64,000 nt of DNA. Source: Planctomycetota bacterium. GTDB lineage: Bacteria; Planctomycetota; Phycisphaerae; Phycisphaerales; UBA5793. The notes beneath the pieces were generated by a model. It was not told where the DNA came from. It did not search any database and was given only the letters and a program-made list of their open reading frames with translations. The stretch covers positions 17,157 to 81,156 of the forward strand of contig CAUJHZ010000076.1 in NCBI GenBank assembly GCA_963205185.1. The letters are read 5' to 3'. Shown here piece after piece: positions 29,003 through 38,299 of the stretch (position 1 is its first letter; the number at the start of each line of letters is the position of its first letter). The translations under genes and the position numbers were made by a program.

Positions 29003-29008
29003 TAGAAT
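29003..29008 (+). promoter_or_regulatory. Candidate -10 box TAGAAT, 6 nt before GTG 29015 (leaderless-type)
   Basis: TANNNT hexamer at leaderless spacing; no SD. Confidence 0.45.
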
Positions 29009-29014
29009 CGCCCC

Positions 29015-31600
29015 GTGAACCGTCTCACAGGCGCATCTGCCGGCGTGGCCCTGGCGCTTGCGCTCAGCGGCCTGTGGCTTCTGGGCGTGGCGGCGCCCCT
29101 GTGCGCGCTGGCGGGGACGTTCGCCCTGTCGGGCGCGGCGGCACTCGATCGGCTGGCGACGAGCCCGCTGTGGTCGTGGGGGACGGTGCCGGCGCTGCTG
29201 GGCGTGACCTTGGGCTGGTCGCTGGCGATCACAGTCGCGGCCACGCTCATCGGCGTTCCCGTGGCGCTGTGCCTGGCGAAGACCGGGCCGCGCGGCTCGA
29301 CCTGGTGGACGGCGCTTGCGGCGGCCGTGCTCTGCATCCCACCCTATCTGCTGTACTGGGTCTGGGGGCTCGTGCAGTCGCCGGATTCGCTGCTGACCCG
29401 CTGGGCGAGCAATCATCCTCAGCGAGCGTCGGCCATTCAAATCTGGCAACTCTGGTGGGGACTGACGTGGTGGACCTGGCCGCTGGTCGCGCTGGTCGTC
29501 GCGACAGCGCTGCGCCGCCGCCCGCGCGAGCGCGATGAGATGCTCGTCATCGATGGCGCGGGGTTCTGGGCACGACAATGCTCCGCACTGATGGATGTGC
29601 GGCCGGCGCTGGCGCTGGGCGCCGGCCTGGCGCTGCTCTCGACGCTGCTCGGTTTCGCTGCGTTCGATCTTGCATCGGCGAGTCTGCCGATCGCTGAGAC
29701 CTATGCGAGCGTGCTGAGGCGGATCCGATTCGAAGTGGGCGCCGATGCGGCGATCATTGCGGCCGGCCCGCTCATCGTGGTCAGTCTGCTGCTCGCCGGG
29801 CTGGTGGCTCTGGGAGCGCGAACCGCTTTCGCAGCCGAATCGGAGGATCCGCGGCCCGGCCGGGCCGGAGCGCACGTCGGAGCGGGAGTGGCGTTGTCTA
29901 TCTCGATCGCCGCGCCGGTGGCGATCATGGCCCTGCAACTTAGTGGAGTCGAGCCGCTGATGCGACTCGGGCCGCTTGAAGGACGGGCGATCGGCGAGAG
30001 CCTCGCGTGGGCTGCGTCGGCGGGGCTGCTCTTGGCGTTGATGACCCTCGGCCATTGCTACGGCTGGTCGCACAGCGCCCCGGCTGTTCGCCGCCTCACG
30101 ACCCTCTCGGCCGCCGGCTGGGCGCTGATGGGGATTCTGCCGGCCGCAACTCGAGGAGCCGCGCTGTTGCAATCGCGCTCAATGATCGCCAGCCACCTTT
30201 CAGCGTCGATCTATCCGGAAACGCTTTGGATTCCCCTGCCGGGCGCGAGGTACATCGCCTGGCCCGTCGTCGTGATCGTGGCCTATCTCGCCACATATGG
30301 GCTGCTGAGCGTTCTGATCGGCCGGTGGATGGCGGCAAGCGAGGATGAATCGCTCCGCGCTGCGAGGCTCATCGACGGCGCGACGGGCCTGTGGAACTGG
30401 CTCGCCGCGCGTGGCTGGAGCGTTGGCGCTGCTGCGGCGGTGGCCGGGCTTCTGGGAATGGCCTTGTCTCTGGGCGAGGTTTCGACGACAATGATCGTTC
30501 TGCCGCCCGGTCCGCACAGTCTGACGCAGAGTCTGCTCAACAAGATGCACTACGCGCGCGAAGATTCCGCTGTGGCCACCTGCCTGATGCTGCTGGCGAT
30601 TGTCGTGCCGGCCGGCGTCGCGGCGACGATGATCCTCGCTGCGTTGCGCCGCCGCGTTGCCCGCGCGGCACCGGTGCTTCTGGCGCTGATCAGCGCTGCG
30701 TCGATGATGAGCATCAGCGGTTGCGAGAAGCCGGCCAGCCTCGTTGAGGCGCCCTTCGAGCCGGCGATGATCATCGGCTCCACCGGCCGCAGTCCCGGGC
30801 AGTTCGTCTATCCGCGCGGCATGGCGCTGGACGTGGCGCGGCAGCTGCTTTGCGTCGTGGACAAGACCGGCCGCATCCAGCGCTTCGACGCCGCAGGCAG
30901 ACTCGTCGACGCAATCGTGCTGCCCAGGTTCGATCGCGGGTTCCCTACCGGCATGAGCATCGAGCCGGACACGGGGCGGCTCTTCGTCGCCGACACACAC
31001 GAGCATCGCGTGCTCGTTTACGACGCCGAGGGCCGGCTGGAGCGCACGTTCGGGTCCGAGGGCCAAGAGGCGGGTCAGATGCTCTACCCGACGGACATTG
31101 CCTTCGGCCCCGACGGCGTGTACTTCGTTTCGGAATACGGCGGCAACGATCGCATTCAGGCGTTCGACGCCGAGGGAAACCCGCTCTACAAGTTCGGGGA
31201 GTTCGGCTTTGGAGACGGCCAGCTCAATCGGCCCCAATCCCTCGAATACGACGCCCAGCGCGATGAGCTGGTCATCCTTGACGCCTGCAATCATCGGGTG
31301 GTCATCACAGACCGCCAGGGCCGCTGGAAGTTCGCCGTCGGGCGGCCGGGCAGCGGGCCGGGCGAGTTGAACTACCCCTACGGGCTCGTGCTGCAATCGG
31401 ACGGATCGTTTCTGATCAGCGAATTCGGCAACAGCCGCATCCAGCACCTCGCCCGGGACGGTCGCTGCCTGGGGATCTACGGTACACTCGGGAATGACCC
31501 CGGCTGCCTGCAGACGCCCTGGGGGCTCGCGGCGGACTCGCAGCGCCTTTATGTCGTGGACAGTCGTAACGACCGCGTCCAGGTGCTCGAGCGCCCTTGA
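29015..31600 (+). CDS. Fusion: FbpB/ThiP-like ABC transporter permease plus C-terminal NHL-repeat beta-propeller, 861 aa
   Basis: About 12 TM segments with two EAA-like loops (EMLVIDGAGFW, RAARLIDGATG); C-terminal NHL repeats (GQFVYPRGMALD, GQMLYPTDIAF, GQLNRPQSL, GELNYPYGL, LQTPWGLA); internal lipobox ISG-C. Confidence 0.8.
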   Translation: MNRLTGASAGVALALALSGLWLLGVAAPLCALAGTFALSGAAALDRLATSPLWSWGTVPALLGVTLGWSLAITVAATLIGVPVALCLAKTGPRGSTWWTALAAAVLCIPPYLLYWVWGLVQSPDSLLTRWASNHPQRASAIQIWQLWWGLTWWTWPLVALVVATALRRRPRERDEMLVIDGAGFWARQCSALMDVRPALALGAGLALLSTLLGFAAFDLASASLPIAETYASVLRRIRFEVGADAAIIAAGPLIVVSLLLAGLVALGARTAFAAESEDPRPGRAGAHVGAGVALSISIAAPVAIMALQLSGVEPLMRLGPLEGRAIGESLAWAASAGLLLALMTLGHCYGWSHSAPAVRRLTTLSAAGWALMGILPAATRGAALLQSRSMIASHLSASIYPETLWIPLPGARYIAWPVVVIVAYLATYGLLSVLIGRWMAASEDESLRAARLIDGATGLWNWLAARGWSVGAAAAVAGLLGMALSLGEVSTTMIVLPPGPHSLTQSLLNKMHYAREDSAVATCLMLLAIVVPAGVAATMILAALRRRVARAAPVLLALISAASMMSISGCEKPASLVEAPFEPAMIIGSTGRSPGQFVYPRGMALDVARQLLCVVDKTGRIQRFDAAGRLVDAIVLPRFDRGFPTGMSIEPDTGRLFVADTHEHRVLVYDAEGRLERTFGSEGQEAGQMLYPTDIAFGPDGVYFVSEYGGNDRIQAFDAEGNPLYKFGEFGFGDGQLNRPQSLEYDAQRDELVILDACNHRVVITDRQGRWKFAVGRPGSGPGELNYPYGLVLQSDGSFLISEFGNSRIQHLARDGRCLGIYGTLGNDPGCLQTPWGLAADSQRLYVVDSRNDRVQVLERP

Positions 31601-31731
31601 AAGCGGGGTGCGAGATGCGCCGAATTGGAAGCTCGTCGTGCAATAGTTGCAGCCGGCCGGGCGTTGGAGACATGACGGCCGGCCCGACTCGCCGGTGCCG
31701 GAGTACCCAAACCCCGCCAGGAGAGACTGAC

Positions 31732-32058
31732 ATGACTCGAAATCTGCTGACGATCGTGCTGACCGTTCTCGCGCTGCTCGCGTTCGTCCCCACCCAGACG
31801 GCCAATGCCGCCGAGCCTGTTCGACTGAGCGGCGTGATTTCCGCCGTCGGCGATCACGGCATCGCGCTGCACACCGATCGCGGGGACGTTCGGATTCACG
31901 TGACCGAGCGGACCCGCATTTCGCTCAACGGCGAGCCCGCCCGACTCCACGCTCTGCAGCGCGGCGATCGCGCCCGCGTCGTCGCCCAATGGCATCGCAG
32001 CCGGCAGGGCCCGGTGCTCGTGGCGCTTTCGATCGAAGCGACGCGACGCCGCCGCTGA
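31732..32058 (+). CDS. Small secreted OB-fold protein (DUF5666-like), 108 aa
   Basis: Signal peptide; 'G.ISAV....I.L......V.IHVT..TRI...G....L..L..GDR..V'; AGGAG SD. Confidence 0.6.
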   Translation: MTRNLLTIVLTVLALLAFVPTQTANAAEPVRLSGVISAVGDHGIALHTDRGDVRIHVTERTRISLNGEPARLHALQRGDRARVVAQWHRSRQGPVLVALSIEATRRRR

Positions 32059-32095
32059 ACGGACCATCAGCCGAACTTCAATCGTTGTGAAGGAG

Positions 32096-32134
32096 CGCTC
32101 CTTTCGTGCCCAAGGGCCGAGGGGAGCGTTTTTT
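32096..32134 (+). terminator. Intrinsic terminator hairpin followed by a T-run
   Basis: cgctcctttcg...cgaggggagcg stem followed by TTTTTT; lies between convergent genes. Confidence 0.6.
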
Positions 32135-33308
32135 ATCTCAACTGCGCCCAGTCGAAGGTGCTCAGCGCGAACACAAGGCGTTCAACCTGTTCGTCGGTGA
32201 GTTCGCAGTGCAGGCTGAGCCGGACCCGGGCTGTATTGGGCGCGACGGTCGGCGGACGGATGGCGGGCGCGATGATGCCATGCGCATCGAGGTGCGCGGC
32301 GAGCGCCAGCGCGCATTCGGCCGATCCCACGTCGATTGGAATGATGGGCGTAGGGTCCATTCGCACCGGCAAGCCGAGGCGCCTGAGTCTGCGGCGGATG
32401 GCGAGGGAGAGTTGGGCGAGGCGTTCGCGCCGCTTGGGCTCGCGTTCGATCACGTCCAGCGCTGCATCGATCGCGGCGACCTGGGTGGGCGGCGCCGCGG
32501 TGGTGTAGATGAATGACCGGCCGGCGTTGATGAGCCAGTCGATCACCGCGCGCGGCCCGGACACGAGCCCGCCCAGCGAGCCGAGCGCTTTGCTCGCCGT
32601 CGAGATGGTCACGTCGGCAAGCCCCCTGCTGTCGAGACCCTGGCCGCACGGCCCGAGCACCCCGGTTGCATGGGCTTCATCGACGATCAGGCAGGCGTCA
32701 TGGGCGTCACGCAAGGCCGCGAGCATCCGCAGATCCGCCAGGTCGCCATCCATCGAGAAGACGGTGTCGGTGACGATGAAGCAGGCGGCGTCGGGGTGCG
32801 CGCGCCGGTGAGCGGTCAGCAGTGCGTCAAGCCGCTCGTAACGCAGATGCGCAAAGGTGCGAACGACGGCGCCGCGCTCGGCGGCCAGGCGGGCGCCGTC
32901 GAGCAGGCTCGCGTGCGAGAGTTTGTCGAGCACGATCAGATCGTCACCCAGGGCGAGGCTTGAGAGCACGGCGAGATTGGCCATGTAGCCGGTCGGAAAG
33001 AGCAGCGCCGCCTCGGCTTTCTTGAACTCAGCGAAGCGCGCTTCGAGAGCGGCGTGCGCCTCAGTCGTTCCGCGGACGAGCCGGCTCGAGCCGCTTCCCA
33101 CGCCGCGGCGAAGCGCCGCCTGCCGGACGCGCTCGATGAGCAGAGGGTGGCTGGTGAGCCGGAGGTAGTCGTTGCTCGCCAGATCGATTTCAAAGGGTCT
33201 CGATTCGTCGCGTCGAATGTTCAGGAACCGCCACACGGCGCCTGTCCGCCGCGCCTCGAGACGTTCATTCAAGCGATCGAACCATGGTCTGGAGCGTTTG
33301 GCGGACAT
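32133..33308 (-). CDS. bioF: 8-amino-7-oxononanoate synthase
   Basis: LASNDYLRL, GSGSSRLVRG, FPTGYMAN, D.LSHASL.DG, FSMDGD, VDEAHATGV, SKALG (PLP Lys), AIRPPTV. Confidence 0.95.
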   Translation of the reverse strand: MSAKRSRPWFDRLNERLEARRTGAVWRFLNIRRDESRPFEIDLASNDYLRLTSHPLLIERVRQAALRRGVGSGSSRLVRGTTEAHAALEARFAEFKKAEAALLFPTGYMANLAVLSSLALGDDLIVLDKLSHASLLDGARLAAERGAVVRTFAHLRYERLDALLTAHRRAHPDAACFIVTDTVFSMDGDLADLRMLAALRDAHDACLIVDEAHATGVLGPCGQGLDSRGLADVTISTASKALGSLGGLVSGPRAVIDWLINAGRSFIYTTAAPPTQVAAIDAALDVIEREPKRRERLAQLSLAIRRRLRRLGLPVRMDPTPIIPIDVGSAECALALAAHLDAHGIIAPAIRPPTVAPNTARVRLSLHCELTDEQVERLVFALSTFDWAQLR

Positions 33309-33396
33309 GAACGAGTGATGGCGCATCCCCGGGCGGCACCAGCGGATGCGGCTCGCTTCACCTGGCCACTGGACCGGCGCGGAAGTGAGTGGAGAT

Positions 33397-33783
33397 CTAG
33401 AGCCGTGCGGGACTTCGGGCGCCTGCGGTGTGAACGATGGGCGCGCCGGGCCCGGAAACGCGCCCATCGCGGCCGTCGCGATCCGGCGACGGCGCATCGC
33501 CGAAGTCGACCTTCTCTTTCATGAGGCGGCCGGGCTTGAACTTGACGGAGCATTTCGCCGGAACGTCGACCTTGGCGAGTGTCTTGGGGTTCTGCGCGAC
33601 GCGCGGGGCGCGGTGCTTGACTTCGAAAACGCCGAAGTCGCGCAGTTCGATGCGGTTCCCGTTGCCGAGTTCTTCGACAATGAGGTTGAGAAACTCCTGA
33701 ATGATGCTTTTCACGGCGACTCGCTTCTCTTTGGTTACCTCAACGATGCCATCGATGAGATCCTTCTTGGTCACGTTCGGCAT
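33397..33783 (-). CDS. HU/IHF family DNA-binding protein with C-terminal tail
   Basis: VTKKDLI, IELRDFGVFEV+.R, AQNPKT, KFKPG. Start set at MPNVT. Confidence 0.93.
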   Translation of the reverse strand: MPNVTKKDLIDGIVEVTKEKRVAVKSIIQEFLNLIVEELGNGNRIELRDFGVFEVKHRAPRVAQNPKTLAKVDVPAKCSVKFKPGRLMKEKVDFGDAPSPDRDGRDGRVSGPGAPIVHTAGARSPARL

Positions 33784-34106
33784 GTGATGCGCCCCCTTCC
33801 AGGGATCCGAGCCGGCAGCCACCCCGACTCTGATACGGGCTCGCACTTCCCTCTCCTCGGTGCGGAAGAGTGACGTGCTCATCCACCTAGGAGAAACACC
33901 TGAATGATCGCGCCCGTGTCTGCCGCACCTGGGACACTCCAGTCGGTGCGACAGCATCGGCCCCGATCACAACTCCAGTCAGTATGGCGTGTTGGATCGA
34001 ATCCGTCAAGGGGCAAAGCGGAGAGAAAACAGGTAATCTGCAGATTTGTCTGCTGAGAAAAATTCAAGAATTTTTCTGCGGCCGCGGCCGTACCGGTCGA
34101 GGCGAC

Positions 34107-34496
34107 TCAGCGCGTGGCCCCGCCCTGGATCGATCGGATGGTCGTTCTCGTGCTGCTGCGGGGACGGCCGGAGTAGTCATACAGCCGGTCGTACTGCGTG
34201 ATCTCGAAGGCCCCAAATGCCGAGCGAGAAGGGGGCGCCCCGACGGACAGTTGCGCGTCGTTGCGGCTGTACTCCCAGTCCTCCCAGGTGAAGCCCGGAG
34301 CGAGGCCGCGCGCCGCGAGCATCTGGCGCATCTCCGGCGTGGCAAAGGCGAGTGCGGGATCGCGATGGGCCCGCTCCGCCGGCATCGCGGCAGAACGTTC
34401 GGGCCCGCTCGATCGCGAGAGCTCGTGCGGCTGGGTGGAGGCGCACCCGGACAGCAGCGCGGCGACCGCGCAGGCAATGACTGCTCTTGAATTCAT
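34107..34496 (-). CDS. Hypothetical lipoprotein, 129 aa
   Basis: Lipobox LSG-C; AGGAG SD; TACAAT -10 box at 34517-34522. Confidence 0.7.
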   Translation of the reverse strand: MNSRAVIACAVAALLSGCASTQPHELSRSSGPERSAAMPAERAHRDPALAFATPEMRQMLAARGLAPGFTWEDWEYSRNDAQLSVGAPPSRSAFGAFEITQYDRLYDYSGRPRSSTRTTIRSIQGGATR

Positions 34497-34656
34497 GATC
34501 AACTTCTCCTGCCGCAATTGTACAACCGGCGCGCCAGCCTCACCGCAGTGGTTTTGCCGATGATTTCGCGGGTTGACGCCTCGATGCGATTGCAGGATGT
34601 TGCCGGGTGAGCACACCGCTGAGGCGGCGGCGCAGCATGGCAGGCTATTGTTGGGC

Positions 34657-35487
34657 ATGGAACTGCCGGTTATCGGAGGGCGAGGTGCGGCCACGATCGA
34701 GGCCCTCGTGCGCGCCGTGCGCAAGGGCAATCTCGAATTGAGCCGCGCCATCGCCCCGCACGAATCGGCGCTCGACGGGGCGCTGGCGCTGTGCAATCCG
34801 AATCTCAGCTCCTGCCCGGCGGCGAATTGCGCCCGTGACGTGCACGTTCCGGAAGGCAGTGACCCCGAAGCCGTGCTCAGCCGAATTGAGGAGCACTTTT
34901 ATGCCAACCACGCCACCTGCCATCTACTCGCCCCCACCGCCGCGGTCCTCGATGACGCCTGGCACGAGCCGCTGACGCGGCGGGACTACGGCACACGCCT
35001 CCAGGCGCTGCTGATGCTGGGGACCTCGGTTCGTTCGCCAAAGCGCCCGGAGGGTTACCAGGCCGTGTCCGCTCGCGCGGTCGTACCCGGGTACTGCGCT
35101 TTTCTGGATCGCTGGGCGGCGGCCCGCTCGTGCGCTGCCGATTCATGTCTGGCCGTGTGCGAGGCCGGGCTGCTCGACTCGGATGCGCTGGATGTACTGG
35201 TCGTCAGGAAGGATGGCCAGGTGGTCGGCTGCGTCGGCGCGCTGGCGGTTTCGGAAGTCGGGATCCTGCGCGGCTTGCGCGTGGACCACCAGGTCGAACA
35301 TGACGCCACCGTTGACGCCCTGCTCTGGCACGTTCTCGATCTCGCCAAGCGCTCGCAGTTCCGGCAGATCATCGCCGCCATAGACGAATCGGACGAAACT
35401 TCAATGGAAGCACTGAGCCGCATCGGCATGACGCGCGTGGAGGTCATGGAGCACTACGTGCGCGATGCGGGTGAGGCGACGGGGTGA
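34657..35487 (+). CDS. Hypothetical protein with C-terminal GNAT-like domain
   Basis: C-terminal 'VVRKDGQVVG..G.L..SEVG.LRGL.V' and final 'L.RIG' resemble an acetyltransferase fold. Stop overlaps the trpF start. Start uncertain (34573-34657). Confidence 0.55.
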   Translation: MELPVIGGRGAATIEALVRAVRKGNLELSRAIAPHESALDGALALCNPNLSSCPAANCARDVHVPEGSDPEAVLSRIEEHFYANHATCHLLAPTAAVLDDAWHEPLTRRDYGTRLQALLMLGTSVRSPKRPEGYQAVSARAVVPGYCAFLDRWAAARSCAADSCLAVCEAGLLDSDALDVLVVRKDGQVVGCVGALAVSEVGILRGLRVDHQVEHDATVDALLWHVLDLAKRSQFRQIIAAIDESDETSMEALSRIGMTRVEVMEHYVRDAGEATG

Positions 35488-36122
35488 CGGATCGCACGAG
35501 AGTCAAGATCTGCGGCCTGCGGTCGGAAGCGGATGTGCTCGCAGCCATCGACGCCGGCGCCGACGCGGTGGGATTTGTCTTCGTGCGCTCTTCGCCAAGA
35601 TACGTCGAACCGGAAGCCGCTGCGGACCTGGTGTGCATGCTGCCGCCGCTCATCGACGCCGTGGGCGTCTTCGCCGATGAGAAGGCCGCCGTCGTCTGCG
35701 AAATCGCCGGCGAAGCGTGCATCAATCTCGTGCAGTTGCACGGCTCGGAAGACGCCGCGTGCGTCGAGATGGTGCGCGAAGCCTATCCGGTCATCAAGGG
35801 CATCCGCTACGGCGACGACGCGATGCGCTGCTGGGCGGGCGAGATGAATATTGACATGCTGCTCGTGGATGGATCCGAAGGCGGGCGCGGCGCCGCTCTG
35901 GACTGGCAGGCCCTGGCGGCCCAGCGCGGATCGATCCGCGCGCCGCTCATGCTCGCCGGCGGGCTGACGCCCGACAACGTGGGCGAGGCCATCGCGGCCG
36001 TCCGCCCATACGCCGTGGACGTCTCAAGCGGCGTGGAGCGCGAGCGCGGGGTGAAAGATCCGGCGCTGATCCGTCGGTTTTGCCGGGCCGTGCGCGGTGC
36101 CGATCAGCGCTTCGAAGAGTGA
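35484..36122 (+). CDS. trpF: Phosphoribosylanthranilate isomerase
   Basis: RVKICGL, GADAVGFVF...SPRYV, VGVF, VQLHGSE, LAGGLTPDNV, VDVSSGVE, KD. Confidence 0.96.
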   Translation: MTDRTRVKICGLRSEADVLAAIDAGADAVGFVFVRSSPRYVEPEAAADLVCMLPPLIDAVGVFADEKAAVVCEIAGEACINLVQLHGSEDAACVEMVREAYPVIKGIRYGDDAMRCWAGEMNIDMLLVDGSEGGRGAALDWQALAAQRGSIRAPLMLAGGLTPDNVGEAIAAVRPYAVDVSSGVERERGVKDPALIRRFCRAVRGADQRFEE

Positions 36123-36814
36123 GGGTCGCGACGGCGACGGCCGGCGGCGCCGAAGATGCCGCCCGTCAGCAGCAGAGCCGCGGTGGAGGCGTTGGGCACG
36201 GCAAAGATCTGATCCTGGGCCGTCGAGTGCGTCATGGCGAGCAGGTCCATGCGCGGCCCGCCGCCATCAAGGGCGTCCAGCCATTCCTGCGCTGTGCCGT
36301 ACCACGCGCCGTTGTCAACGACACGAATGGAGCCGGCGGCGAGGTTGAGGCCGTCGTCGTGACTGAGTTCCCAGACGGCAACCTGGAACGCGGCCGCGGC
36401 GTCGTTGGTCAGAAACTGCGGGCTGTAGAAGCGCCCGAAGAGTTCAGACAGCAGCGCGGCGCGGCCGGCGCCCATTCCACCGCCGGGCACGGGCGAGGCC
36501 TCAGGATCGCGCACCGTGTAGTCGTAGGTGCGACCAAAGGAGATGTGCTGCGAGAGTTCGATGCAGTACGTCGTGAACGATCCGAACGCGCCGGCGCCCG
36601 CGTAGTCGCCACCCGTGCGCGACCATTCGAAACTGCCCGCGTACGTGTTCATGTACGACTGGCCGGCGTCGCTCGAAATGCTGACCGTACGACGCGGCGA
36701 CACATCGTTGAACCGACCCTGGATGACGTCGGCACTGCAGAGACTGGCACCGCCAACCACAGCGGCGACGGCGACGAAGTGCAACGCCCGACGCGAAGTG
36801 TTCGCACGATTCAT
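36104..36814 (-). CDS. PEP-CTERM-like sorted surface protein with thioester-domain-like motifs, 236 aa
   Basis: Signal peptide; C-terminal VPNAS + TM + RRRR; YCIE, AFQVAVWE and QDQI motifs; AGGAGA SD. Confidence 0.75.
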   Translation of the reverse strand: MNRANTSRRALHFVAVAAVVGGASLCSADVIQGRFNDVSPRRTVSISSDAGQSYMNTYAGSFEWSRTGGDYAGAGAFGSFTTYCIELSQHISFGRTYDYTVRDPEASPVPGGGMGAGRAALLSELFGRFYSPQFLTNDAAAAFQVAVWELSHDDGLNLAAGSIRVVDNGAWYGTAQEWLDALDGGGPRMDLLAMTHSTAQDQIFAVPNASTAALLLTGGIFGAAGRRRRDPHSSKR

Positions 36815-37046
36815 TTCTCTTCTCCTTGGTGACATAATCGGACTCCATCCACGTGCGGCCGAATCGAGCCGCGTGCGGGCCAAACGTACGATTCGGGTGA
36901 GGCCGACGCCAGAGAAGCGCCGGTGCGATCGCCCGGTGTGGTGCGTCCTGTGCGGGCTGGAGAAGGTGGACGGCGGATCCGGCGGGATCCCGGACCCGCA
37001 GCGCGGCGGCCATTCGGTTATGGGGCGGGGAGGGCGGCGCGCGGCT

Positions 37047-38279
37047 CTACTGCACAATGCGCTGAAAGGTCTCTTCGAGCTGGCGCTGATTGGCCTTCCA
37101 GGAGAATTCGCCGAGACTGGCTTCGAAGCCGGTGCGCGCTTCACGCTCGATGTCTTCGGGATGCTCGAGGTAGTGCGTCATCGCGTCGACGATCGTGTCG
37201 ATGCGTTCGGGGTCGATGGTGCGGCCGCAATGCACGCGGGCCAGAATCTCACCCATGTCGCCGATTGGCGTCATCACGACGACGCAGGCATTGGCGATGG
37301 AGTCGTAGAACTTGCTCGGATTGATGTAGCGGAAGTTGGCATCGTTGAGGTACGGCAGCACCGAGACGTGCATCTGCGCATACAGCTCCGGCATATCCGT
37401 GGTCGAGTAGGCGCCGCTGAGGATGATGCCGTCGCGGTACGGTTCGATGGTGCGGGCGAATTCATCCTCGTAGTACTCGGCGACCTTGCCGGCCAGGCGC
37501 AGCCGGGCGCGGTCGGGGAATCTGGCAAACACGGCGGCAAATGCTTCGAGCAGCTCGTGCAGGCCGGTGCCTTTGTACACCGTGCCGAGCCGGCCGAACA
37601 TCACCGGCCCGCCGGCCTTGACGGCGTCGAACTTGCCTTCGGGCCACGCGTCGATGCGCTCGTCCCAGAGCGGCTGGTTGCCGACGACCGTGACGTCGCG
37701 GCAGCCCCACTGCTCGTACTTGTTCTTCTGCCAGTTGCTGGTGATCTGCACCGCCTGGGCCATGCGGCTGTAGCGGCGCTCGAGGCCGTAGATGATGGGC
37801 AGCAGCAGGCGGCGCGGTCCGGTCCAGAAGCCGTAAATCTCCGGCTCGTGCGCATCAAAGATGACGGGCAGATTGAGTCGGCGCTGTATCATGGGGATCA
37901 TCGGGCTCAGGTCCTGGCCGATGATCTTGACCGCGTCGAACCGGCCGCTGGCGACGCAGTCGAAAATCGCGCGATGCATCTTCCGGAAGTTGAGAAAGTT
38001 CTTCGGCCCGCCCCAGCTTTGCGAGCGGACGGGCACGCGATGCACTCGAACGCCGAAATGGATCTCGTCGGTCGGGAGTTTCATCTCGCGATTGACGGCA
38101 AAGACGGTAACGTCGTGGCCGGCGTCGCGCAGCAGCCGCGCCTGGCCACAGTAGCGGCCGTAGGTTCCCTGGAAGCGTTCGAAGGTGCGGCTGATGCAGT
38201 AGGCGATGCGCAGCGGACGCGGGGTGCGCAGGGCTCCCAGGCCGGGCTCTGGCGCTGGGCCAATGCTGGGAATCGTCAT
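37047..38279 (-). CDS. Glycosyltransferase family 4 (GT-B)
   Basis: 'VIFDAHE', 'FGRLG...KG...LLEAF', 'P.KFYDSIA.ACVVV'. Confidence 0.85.
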   Translation of the reverse strand: MTIPSIGPAPEPGLGALRTPRPLRIAYCISRTFERFQGTYGRYCGQARLLRDAGHDVTVFAVNREMKLPTDEIHFGVRVHRVPVRSQSWGGPKNFLNFRKMHRAIFDCVASGRFDAVKIIGQDLSPMIPMIQRRLNLPVIFDAHEPEIYGFWTGPRRLLLPIIYGLERRYSRMAQAVQITSNWQKNKYEQWGCRDVTVVGNQPLWDERIDAWPEGKFDAVKAGGPVMFGRLGTVYKGTGLHELLEAFAAVFARFPDRARLRLAGKVAEYYEDEFARTIEPYRDGIILSGAYSTTDMPELYAQMHVSVLPYLNDANFRYINPSKFYDSIANACVVVMTPIGDMGEILARVHCGRTIDPERIDTIVDAMTHYLEHPEDIEREARTGFEASLGEFSWKANQRQLEETFQRIVQ

Positions 38280-38299
38280 GGAAGTCGATCCGCCCGAAG

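Noticed and set aside
28934-30172. Long N-terminal extension of pqiA (618-aa ORF)
   Set aside because: Overlaps the permease on the other strand and is R/P/Q-rich junk; PqiA homology starts at the CxxC near 28920.
33784-33957. N-terminal extension of HU containing CPRC
   Set aside because: HU homology begins at MPNVT; a lone CxxC in a probable 5' UTR with no second ligand pair.
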